A stretch of DNA of 64,000 bases, from contig PGZM01000005.1 in NCBI GenBank assembly GCA_002841395.1, forward strand, positions 142,556 through 206,555. The letters run 5' to 3'. Each line of letters opens with the position of its first letter. Positions within the stretch are counted from its first letter, which is position 1. Position numbers and translations under genes: made by a program. The notes under the pieces are model-generated. The model worked only from the letters and a program-made list of their open reading frames with translations, ran no database searches and was not told the origin of the DNA. Positions 29,906 through 37,734 of the stretch are shown here, piece by piece. The DNA comes from Firmicutes bacterium HGW-Firmicutes-9. Its GTDB lineage: Bacteria; Bacillota; Clostridia; Christensenellales; CAG-138.

Positions 29906-30112
29906 CTTGCGTTCTATACACGATCAAGAAGATATATTTACGTGTTTTTCACACAATGCATAAAATACCTGATAGAATAAGGATATGCGTTGAAAAACGT
30001 GATATTTTGCGGAATCCTCGTTTCACGTAAAATACATACGAAAGTTTTATACGCAAGAAGTAAACAACAAATCGATTTTCGTTGTTGAATATCCCAGTTC
30101 AGGAGGAAATGC

Positions 30113-31321
30113 ATGGATTCACCCATCCGGGTCAAAAGTGAAGTCGGAACACTCAAGCGCGTGCTGCTGCACCGTCCGGGGCAGGAGCTTGAGAATCTGA
30201 TGCCGCAATATCTCTCTCGTCAGCTGTTTGAGGACATCCCGTATCTCGTGCACGCACGCGAGGAGCACGATCAGTTTGCCGAAACGCTGCGTCAAAGCGG
30301 AGTTGAGGTGGTGTATCTGCTCGACCTTGTCGCAGAGGCGGTCAAGGAACCCGCGGTCAAGGAGCAGATCATCGCGGACTTCATCTCGGAGATCGGTATC
30401 TCCGCGCGCGGCGTTGAAGAGCGCGTGCGGGAGTATCTGCTGAGCCTGCCCGTACCGCAAATGCTTGCGAGCATGGTGCGCGGTGTTAGAAAGAGCGACC
30501 TCGGCAGCCGCGAGCCGATCCACCTTGTGGATTATATCGACGATGCGTATCCCTTCTTCGTCGATCCCATGCCGAACCTGTATTTTACCCGCGATCCGTT
30601 CTTCATGATCGACGGTGGGGTCTGCATCTCCAGCATGGCAAACAACGTGCGCGCGCGGGAGACCCTCTTTGGGCAATATCTCTTTACGCATCACCCGCTC
30701 TATAAAAACACGCCGATGCTGCATACGAGAAACGATCCGTTTTCGATCGAGGGCGGAGATGTGCTCGTGCTCTCAAGTGAGGCAGTCGCGATCGGCATGT
30801 CCCAGCGCACCGATCCCCACGCGGTGGAAGCGCTCGCAAAGCGGCTGATCTGCGAGGAGACCGGGATTCAGCGCGTGCTTGCGATCGATATTCCCAAGAC
30901 GCGCTCCTATATGCACCTCGACACGGTCATGACGATGGTGGATGTGGATAAGTTTACGATCCATCCGTCGATTCTGCCTGCGGTGCGGACATTCCTGCTC
31001 AAGAAAAAGGACGGGGCTCTCGTCATCGAGCCGCAGAAGCGCAAGCTGGCGGAGTCGCTGGCAGAAACGCTGCATCTCGATAAAGTAACCATGATCCACT
31101 GCGGCGGTCCGAGCGCAATCGACGCCGCGCGCGAGCAGTGGAACGACGGCACCAACACCCTAGCGGTCGCGCCCGGCGAGATCATCGCGTTTTCTCGCAA
31201 CTATGTGACCAATGGCATCCTGCGTGAGCACGGGGTAAAGGTGCACGAAATCCCGTCCGCGGAGCTCTCCCGCGGACGCGGTGGGCCCAGATGTATGAGC
31301 ATGCCGCTCTGGCGGGAATAA
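30113..31321 (+). CDS. arcA: Arginine deiminase
   Basis: VKSEVGTLKRVLLHRPG at the N-terminus and a catalytic-Cys region GGPRCMSMP at the C-terminus. Confidence 0.9.
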   Translation: MDSPIRVKSEVGTLKRVLLHRPGQELENLMPQYLSRQLFEDIPYLVHAREEHDQFAETLRQSGVEVVYLLDLVAEAVKEPAVKEQIIADFISEIGISARGVEERVREYLLSLPVPQMLASMVRGVRKSDLGSREPIHLVDYIDDAYPFFVDPMPNLYFTRDPFFMIDGGVCISSMANNVRARETLFGQYLFTHHPLYKNTPMLHTRNDPFSIEGGDVLVLSSEAVAIGMSQRTDPHAVEALAKRLICEETGIQRVLAIDIPKTRSYMHLDTVMTMVDVDKFTIHPSILPAVRTFLLKKKDGALVIEPQKRKLAESLAETLHLDKVTMIHCGGPSAIDAAREQWNDGTNTLAVAPGEIIAFSRNYVTNGILREHGVKVHEIPSAELSRGRGGPRCMSMPLWRE

Positions 31322-31430
31322 GCGCAACTGACTATAAAATGGCAGATGAGCATGCTGCTCTTGAGAGAGTAAACGTGACCGTCCGCAAAACGGCAGATGC
31401 GCCAGTTGTTTGAAGAGAGTAATTCACAAC
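31286..31430 (+). repeat. Three degenerate tandem copies (~50-bp period) of the arcA 3' terminus
   Basis: CCAGATGTATGAGCATGCCGCTCTGGCGGGAATAAGCGCAACTGAC, then GGCAGATGAGCATGCTGCTCTTGAGAGAGTAAACGTGAC, then GGCAGATGCGCCAGTTGTTTGAAGAGAGTAATTCACAAC. Confidence 0.6.
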
Positions 31431-31521
31431 GCGTTCAAATGAGTGATACTTTTGTTGTGGTAGAATGAATCGGGTAGATGCAGAAAAAAGCGCCCGAATT
31501 CAACAGAAAAGGTAGTCCCGC

Positions 31522-32118
31522 ATGTATGGTTTGATTCGTATCGTGATCGCGATTCTGTTCGCGTCACCGTTTATCCTGATTCCCGTGTTCCGGCATACTT
31601 TCCAGAACCGCAGGGCATTTTTCATCGTGTCTGCGGTTTCTTTGGCGCTTGTGCTCGGCGTGTTCCTCTATCAGTGGCCGTTTGAGAACCAGTTCGGCGG
31701 CTTCGGCACGGCGCAGCAGGCGTTTGAATATCAGTACGGCGAGTCGGCATATATCTACACGCTTGAAGGAGAAGAAACGGCGCTCGTCCTCACGGAACGG
31801 GACGGCGATGTACTCCGCAAAGAGGGCGATCGCTTTTACCTGATCAGCCCGCGGTATACGGCGCGCGTCAACGCGTTTTCCGCGGACACCAGCGTCATCA
31901 TCCGTGGCGATCAACGCACGCAGGAGCGGTTTGTCCAGCTGACCATGATCGAGACGGATCGAAACCCCGCGACGATTACGGACAGCAAGGGAACCGACTT
32001 TGAAACGGCGTTTAACGACAAAGGCCTTACCTATTTTGCGGGTATGTTTATCGAGGATAGCGAGAAATACACGCTCTATATCGATGGCATGGACGTCGGC
32101 CTGATGAAACTGCAATAA
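31522..32118 (+). CDS. Hypothetical membrane-anchored protein (two N-terminal TM helices)
   Basis: ORF between arcA and the ornithine carbamoyltransferase gene. I recognise no family. Confidence 0.55.
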   Translation: MYGLIRIVIAILFASPFILIPVFRHTFQNRRAFFIVSAVSLALVLGVFLYQWPFENQFGGFGTAQQAFEYQYGESAYIYTLEGEETALVLTERDGDVLRKEGDRFYLISPRYTARVNAFSADTSVIIRGDQRTQERFVQLTMIETDRNPATITDSKGTDFETAFNDKGLTYFAGMFIEDSEKYTLYIDGMDVGLMKLQ

Positions 32119-32165
32119 GCGTTTAGAAAAGAACTTGTATCATAATATTATTTTTGGAGGAACGT

Positions 32166-33149
32166 ATGAACCTGCACGGAAGAAGCTTTTTGACCCTGCT
32201 TGATTATTCCCCCGAAGAGATCCGTTACCTGCTCGACTTGAGCCATGCGCTCAAGCGCGAAAAGATCGCGCGCGCATTCCCCGAACGCCTGAAGCATAAG
32301 AACATCGTGCTGATCTTTGACAAGACCAGCACCCGCACGCGCTGCGCGTTTGAGGTTGCGGCGCTCGACGAAGGCGCGCATGTCACGTACCTGAGCAACA
32401 GCCAGATGGGCAAGAAGGAATCGCTGGAGGACACGGCGAAGGTGCTCGGACGCTATTATGACGCGATCGAGTATCGCGGCTTTGGCCAGCAGATCGTAGA
32501 AGACCTCTCGCGCTATTCCGGCGTGCCGGTTTGGAACGGGCTGACGGACACCGACCATCCGACGCAGATTCTCGCGGATTTCATGACCATCGAGGAGCAT
32601 GCGAAAAAGCCGCTGAACGAAATTCACCTCGCCTACGTGGGCGATGCGCGCAATAACATGGGCAATTCGCTCATGATCGGCTGCGCGAAGATGGGTATGC
32701 AATTTACCGCGATTGCGCCCCGCGCACTCTGGCCGGAAGAGGGCCTGACCGCGCGGATGAAGGAGCTCGGCAAGATGACCGGCGCCGTGATCGAGTTTTC
32801 CGAATCGCTCGACGCGGTTGCGGGCGCGGATGCCGTCTATACCGACGTGTGGGTGTCCATGGGCGAAGAAGCGCAGTTTGCGGAGCGCATCGAGCAATTG
32901 GAGCCGTACCGCGTGACGATGGACTTGATGAAGAAGACCGGCAATCCGGACGCGCTGTTTTTACACTGCCTGCCGAGTTTTCATGACCTGGAGACGGTCG
33001 TCGGCAGGGAGATTTTCGACAAATATGGCTTAAAAGAGATGGAAGCAAGCGACGAAGTGTTCCGTTCGAAGAACAGCGTGGTATTCGACGAGGCTGAAAA
33101 CCGCATGCATACGATCAAAGCCGTTATGGTTGCAACGCTCGGAGATTAG
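32166..33149 (+). CDS. arcB: Ornithine carbamoyltransferase (catabolic arcB by context; anabolic argF not excluded)
   Basis: STRTR and HCLP motifs. GGAGG lies 5 nt before the ATG at 32166. Confidence 0.9.
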   Translation: MNLHGRSFLTLLDYSPEEIRYLLDLSHALKREKIARAFPERLKHKNIVLIFDKTSTRTRCAFEVAALDEGAHVTYLSNSQMGKKESLEDTAKVLGRYYDAIEYRGFGQQIVEDLSRYSGVPVWNGLTDTDHPTQILADFMTIEEHAKKPLNEIHLAYVGDARNNMGNSLMIGCAKMGMQFTAIAPRALWPEEGLTARMKELGKMTGAVIEFSESLDAVAGADAVYTDVWVSMGEEAQFAERIEQLEPYRVTMDLMKKTGNPDALFLHCLPSFHDLETVVGREIFDKYGLKEMEASDEVFRSKNSVVFDEAENRMHTIKAVMVATLGD

Positions 33150-33231
33150 TCAAATTTTGCTTCTATGCCTCACAGAATATGCAGATATATCGAATAAATC
33201 TGCAAATAGGCAGAAAAAGCGATAGATATTA

Positions 33232-33260
33232 TTGAAAGCAAAAAAAATATAAGGTATAAT
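33232..33260 (+). promoter_or_regulatory. Sigma-70 promoter TTGAAA-17-TATAAT upstream of DUF1015
   Basis: TTGAAA at 33232-33237 and TATAAT at 33255-33260, leaving a leader of about 100 nt. Confidence 0.55.
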
Positions 33261-33359
33261 ACCCGCATTACGTTCAAAATGTGGAACTATGCCGCGGAGA
33301 GCCGGAGGAGCGACCGGAGGCGGCAGAACAATACATAACAGAGTTTAAGAGGGGAAAGA

Positions 33360-34691
33360 ATGACTATGGAAGACCGGTATCGTAACGACGTCGCGGTGCA
33401 GGTGCCGCGCGTATTACTGCCGAAAAAGGGCACCGACTACTACAAGTGGGCGGTTGTTGCCTGCGATCAGTACACCTCCCAGCCGGCCTACTGGGAAGAC
33501 GCCAAGCGCATCGTCGGCAAAGCGCCGTCTACGCTGGAACTGATCCTGCCGGAAGCGTATCTGGAAAAGCCCGGCGAAGCAGAGCGCATCGTGAGCATCA
33601 AACAGCACATGCGCGAATACCTCGACAAAGGCATTCTGGAAGAGAAGCCGCAGGGTTTTGTGCTCGTCACCCGCACGGTTGAGGGAAACACCCGCACCGG
33701 CCTTGTGATGGCGCTGGACCTTGAAGCATACGATTATTCTAAGGGCTCCACGACGCTGATTCGCGCGACGGAGGGGACGATCGTCTCCCGCATTCCACCG
33801 CGTCTCAAGATTCGCGAAGGCGCGCCCATCGAGCTGCCGCACATTCTCGTGCTGATCGACGACCCGGACAAGACGGTCATCGAACCGCTCGCGCAGAAGA
33901 AGGCGAAGCTGACCAAGCTGTATGATACTGACCTCATGCTCGACGGCGGTCACATCACCGGTCACCTCGTGGATGGAGAAAACGATATTCTGGGCGTGCT
34001 CAACGCGCTCTCCGCACTCAAGGATGAAGAACGCTTCTCCAAGAAGTATGGCAACCGCGCACCGATGCTCTTTGCCATGGGCGATGGCAACCACAGCTTC
34101 GCCACCGCGAAAGCCAACTGGGAAAAAATCAAGGAAACACTTTCGGAAGAAGAGCGCGCGGATCATCCCGCCCGCTATGCGCTGGTCGAGGTGGAGAACG
34201 TGCACGACGAAGGCATCGTCTTTGAGCCGATTCACCGTGTGATGTTTGGTGCTTCCGGCAACCGCGCAATCGAAACTATCCTGCGTCACTTTAAGTCGCA
34301 TTATTCCTGCGCAAAGGTGGAGCTTGGACGCATGCCCTGCGCACAGGGTGGCGACACGCATATCCTGCCGTTTATCACGGGCGAAGTGGAGGGCGCATTC
34401 ATCATCAGCTGCCCGACGTCTCAGCTCGCGGTCGGCACGCTGCAGTCCGCGCTGGACGAATCAGCGAAAGAGATCTGTGGTTGTGAAATCGACTATATCC
34501 ACGGCGCGGATGTGGTCAAGGAACTCGCGAGAAAGGGCGGCGCAATCGGATTCCTGCTGCCCGCGCTCAAGAAGGATGAGTTCTTCTCCACAGTCATCTT
34601 CGACGGCGCGCTGCCGAGAAAGACCTTCTCCATGGGCGAAGCGAATGAGAAGCGTTATTATCTCGAATGCCGCTCGCTGGAAAAGAAGTAA
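33360..34691 (+). CDS. DUF1015-family protein
   Basis: The N-terminal pattern VLLPKKGTDYYKWAVVACDQYTSQP and the length match my recollection of DUF1015. Confidence 0.75.
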   Translation: MTMEDRYRNDVAVQVPRVLLPKKGTDYYKWAVVACDQYTSQPAYWEDAKRIVGKAPSTLELILPEAYLEKPGEAERIVSIKQHMREYLDKGILEEKPQGFVLVTRTVEGNTRTGLVMALDLEAYDYSKGSTTLIRATEGTIVSRIPPRLKIREGAPIELPHILVLIDDPDKTVIEPLAQKKAKLTKLYDTDLMLDGGHITGHLVDGENDILGVLNALSALKDEERFSKKYGNRAPMLFAMGDGNHSFATAKANWEKIKETLSEEERADHPARYALVEVENVHDEGIVFEPIHRVMFGASGNRAIETILRHFKSHYSCAKVELGRMPCAQGGDTHILPFITGEVEGAFIISCPTSQLAVGTLQSALDESAKEICGCEIDYIHGADVVKELARKGGAIGFLLPALKKDEFFSTVIFDGALPRKTFSMGEANEKRYYLECRSLEKK

Positions 34692-34830
34692 GAGAAAGAA
34701 CAAGAACAAGATACAGGCGGTATCTCTTGGCAAATCTTTCAAGATTGATGCCATAACATTGAAAACAGGCGGTATCTCACGGCAGGGCTATACACATAAC
34801 CTGCTGTAACATAGAAACGGGGGAATACCA

Positions 34831-36147
34831 ATGGCGGTCAAAACAGTCAAATTCGGCGGAACCAGCCTCTGCAACGCCGAGAACTTCACAAAGGTCAAGA
34901 ATATCATTCTGGCCGACAAGGCGCGTAAGTACGTCGTACCCTCCGCGCCGGGCAAACGTTTCCCCGGCGATGAGAAGATTACCGACCTGCTGTATCTTTG
35001 CTATGCCAAAAACTCCAACGGTCTTTCGTTTGACGACACATACGAGCAGATTGCCGAACGTTATGTCGGCATCGAAAAGGATCTGGGGTTAAAGACCAAC
35101 ATCACGCTGGAACTTTCTGCGATCAAGAAGAACATCCTCTCCGGCGCAAGCGAAGACTATATAGCGAGCCGCGGAGAATATCTTAGCGGACTCTTATTGG
35201 CGGACTATCTCGGGTTTGATTTCTACGACGCGGCGGAGCTCATCAGCTTCCACGCGGACGGAACCTATGACGACGAGACCACGCAGAAGTGGACGCAGAA
35301 GCTCGCCGAAACGCAGAATGTCGTCGTACCCGGCTTCTACGGCAGAAAACGCGATGGCAGCATCAAGACGTTTTCCCGCGGCGGCAGCGACATCACGGGC
35401 GCGATTGTTTCGCGCGCGGTGCAGGCGGACGTCTACGAAAACTGGACCGACGTAAGCGGTTTCCTTATGGCGGACCCGCGCATCGTCGACAACCCCAAGG
35501 TGATCTCGGTGGTCACGTATTCCGAGCTGCGCGAGCTGAGCTATATGGGCGCGACCGTGCTGCACGAGGATTCGATTTTCCCCGTGCGCCGCGCGCAGAT
35601 TCCGATCAATGTGCGCAACACCAACCGCCCCGAGGACGAGGGCACGATGGTCATTCCCGACGCGTTTTTGAAGTATTACAAGCGCGACGGCGTGCTCACC
35701 GGCGTGGCGGGACGCAAGGGATTCACGGTCATCACCGTCTACAAGGACAACATGCACAACGAGGTCGGCTTCGGCTACCGCATGCTGCGCGTGCTGGATC
35801 GCTACAACATCTCGTTTGAGCATATCCCGAGCGGCATCGACACCATGAGCCTCGTTATCTCGGACAGCAAGCTCAAGGAGCACCTCGAGCAGGTGCTGCG
35901 CGAGATTCAACACGACTGCGAACCGCAGAGCATTGAAGTCTACTCCAACATGGCGCTGGTCGCCACGGTTGGTAAGGGCATGATCCGCTCCCTCGGCGTT
36001 GCGGCGCGGCTCTTCGGCGCGCTGTATGAGGCGGGCGTCAACGTCCGCATGATCGACCAGGGTTCCTCGGAGATGAACATCATCGTCGGCATCGAAAACG
36101 ACGATCTCAACACCGCGGTCAAGGCGATCTATCACGCATTCGCGTAA
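34831..36147 (+). CDS. lysC: Aspartate kinase (monofunctional, with C-terminal ACT domains)
   Basis: VKFGGTSL at the N-terminus, and ACT-like sequence VATVGKGM...GVNVRMIDQGSSEMNI. Confidence 0.85.
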   Translation: MAVKTVKFGGTSLCNAENFTKVKNIILADKARKYVVPSAPGKRFPGDEKITDLLYLCYAKNSNGLSFDDTYEQIAERYVGIEKDLGLKTNITLELSAIKKNILSGASEDYIASRGEYLSGLLLADYLGFDFYDAAELISFHADGTYDDETTQKWTQKLAETQNVVVPGFYGRKRDGSIKTFSRGGSDITGAIVSRAVQADVYENWTDVSGFLMADPRIVDNPKVISVVTYSELRELSYMGATVLHEDSIFPVRRAQIPINVRNTNRPEDEGTMVIPDAFLKYYKRDGVLTGVAGRKGFTVITVYKDNMHNEVGFGYRMLRVLDRYNISFEHIPSGIDTMSLVISDSKLKEHLEQVLREIQHDCEPQSIEVYSNMALVATVGKGMIRSLGVAARLFGALYEAGVNVRMIDQGSSEMNIIVGIENDDLNTAVKAIYHAFA

Positions 36148-36164
36148 AAGCATTAGCATCAGAA

Positions 36165-36192
36165 AGCTCCTCCAATCGGGGGAGCTTTTTTC
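36165..36192 (+). terminator. Intrinsic terminator after lysC
   Basis: AGCTCCTCC-aatc-GGGGGAGCT followed by T6. Confidence 0.65.
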
Positions 36193-36302
36193 TATCCGCG
36201 AAGCATTGGCAATTGACAAATTAAATACGTGTTAACAGACAAAAGCGGTGATATAATTAATATTGCATTTGATCAAAGTTGAAGGAAAAGGGGTATTCAG
36301 GG

Positions 36303-37664
36303 ATGGCACTTCGGGATTTGTTGCATGCAAAGGAAAACCGGATCGAAAATGAACGACTGAATCGACTCGTAGAAGAACTCGGCGCTCTCGAGTACGCTGA
36401 AGTACAGAAAAAGACTATTGAAGCCAAAGCAAATTTAAGTGATTTACTTGTTGAAAAGAAAAAGTGTGAAGAAGAAAATGCCGAACTGGAACGCCGGAGG
36501 GAAGCTCTTGAGCTAGTTGTGGGCGAGCTCCAAAAACGACTAGAGCTTTCTGAGACTATTGAAGAACTTCAAAAATCCATCGCTGCAAAAAGAAGAGAAT
36601 TGATTATCGCGGATGAAGCGGTTTTGATGGAAAGTTTTGCATTATATAAACCTACTTATGCGTTTACTAAAGCTGATGCATATAAGGAGAAACTCGACAA
36701 AGTCCGTTCGCAACAGAAAGACATGATAAAGAACAATATTGCTGCTTTTGGGTCGGATCAATGGACTGTGAATAATAGTCTGTCGCAGGGCAAAAAACTA
36801 GTCGGAGATATGAAGAAACTTTGCTTGCGATCGTTTAATAATGAGTGTGATGCGGCAGTAGATGAAGTAAAATTCAACAACTTCGAGCGATGTGAAGCTC
36901 GTATTGAGAAGTCTGCTGAGGCAGTTGAGAAACTCGGCAAAATGATGGGCGTTCGAATTAATCCGCGATTTGTACAGTTAAAAAAGGATGAGTTGAGAGT
37001 AGCGCTCGAGTATCAAATTCAAAAGCAACGTGAGAAAGATGAGCAAAAAGAACTCCGTGCGCAACAACGTGAAGAAGCGCGTGTCGCAAAGGAACTTGAA
37101 GAAGCTAGAAAAGAAGCATTGAAAGAACAGCAACACTATCAAAATGCAATCGATAAAATCAACAAGCAAATTGATGCATGCAAGAGTGAAACGGAGCTAG
37201 AAGTTCTAAAGGAGAAACTTGAAGACCTTACTTCAAAACTCGATGTGATTACGGAGAACATCGCTCAGATTGATTATCGCCAAGCAAACCAGAAGGCTGG
37301 ATATGTGTATGTGATTTCAAATCTTGGTGCGTTTGGTGAAAATGTTTATAAAATTGGAATGACTCGCCGTCTCGAACCGCAGGAACGAGTAGATGAATTA
37401 GGGGATGCATCTGTCCCATTCAATTTCGATGTTCATGCTATGATCTTTTCAGACAACGCGCCTGCCTTAGAGGCGGTTCTTCATCACACTTTCTCAGAAC
37501 GCAGATTAAACTATATCAATAATCGGCGTGAATTCTTCCAGGTAACATTAGACGAGATTAAGAAGGTTATCAAAGAGAATCATGATAAGACAGTAGAATT
37601 TGTTGAGATTCCGCCTGCAGAGCAGTATCGTGAGACCCAGAAAATGAAAGAAGTAGGTGCATAA
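36303..37664 (+). CDS. Coiled-coil / DUF4041-like protein with a C-terminal T5orf172 (MUG113, GIY-YIG-like) domain
   Basis: C-terminal GYVYVISN...NVYKIGMTRRLEPQERVDELGDASVPFNFDVHAMIF...LEAVLHHTF...RREFFQV, preceded by long Glu/Lys coiled coils. AT-rich (36421-36480 has 17 G+C of 60). The start could be the ATG at 36303 or the TTG at 36279. Confidence 0.7.
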   Translation: MALRDLLHAKENRIENERLNRLVEELGALEYAEVQKKTIEAKANLSDLLVEKKKCEEENAELERRREALELVVGELQKRLELSETIEELQKSIAAKRRELIIADEAVLMESFALYKPTYAFTKADAYKEKLDKVRSQQKDMIKNNIAAFGSDQWTVNNSLSQGKKLVGDMKKLCLRSFNNECDAAVDEVKFNNFERCEARIEKSAEAVEKLGKMMGVRINPRFVQLKKDELRVALEYQIQKQREKDEQKELRAQQREEARVAKELEEARKEALKEQQHYQNAIDKINKQIDACKSETELEVLKEKLEDLTSKLDVITENIAQIDYRQANQKAGYVYVISNLGAFGENVYKIGMTRRLEPQERVDELGDASVPFNFDVHAMIFSDNAPALEAVLHHTFSERRLNYINNRREFFQVTLDEIKKVIKENHDKTVEFVEIPPAEQYRETQKMKEVGA

Positions 37665-37677
37665 TCAGCCTTAGATG

Positions 37678-37710
37678 CAAAAAGCCCTTCCGATCGGAAG
37701 GGCTTTTGTT
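37678..37710. terminator. Bidirectional terminator
   Basis: GCCCTTCCG-at-CGGAAGGGC flanked by A5 and TTTTGTT. Confidence 0.65.
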
Positions 37711-37734
37711 GATGCTTGCGTGATTGAGAATCTC

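Noticed and set aside
26647-36219. Other long antisense ORFs, for example 26647-27372, 28111-28920, 32148-32897, 33414-34361 and 35194-36219 on the minus strand
   Set aside because: Each lies opposite a gene with clear family motifs (HAD phosphatase, flavoprotein, ornithine carbamoyltransferase, DUF1015, aspartate kinase) and lacks translation signals.
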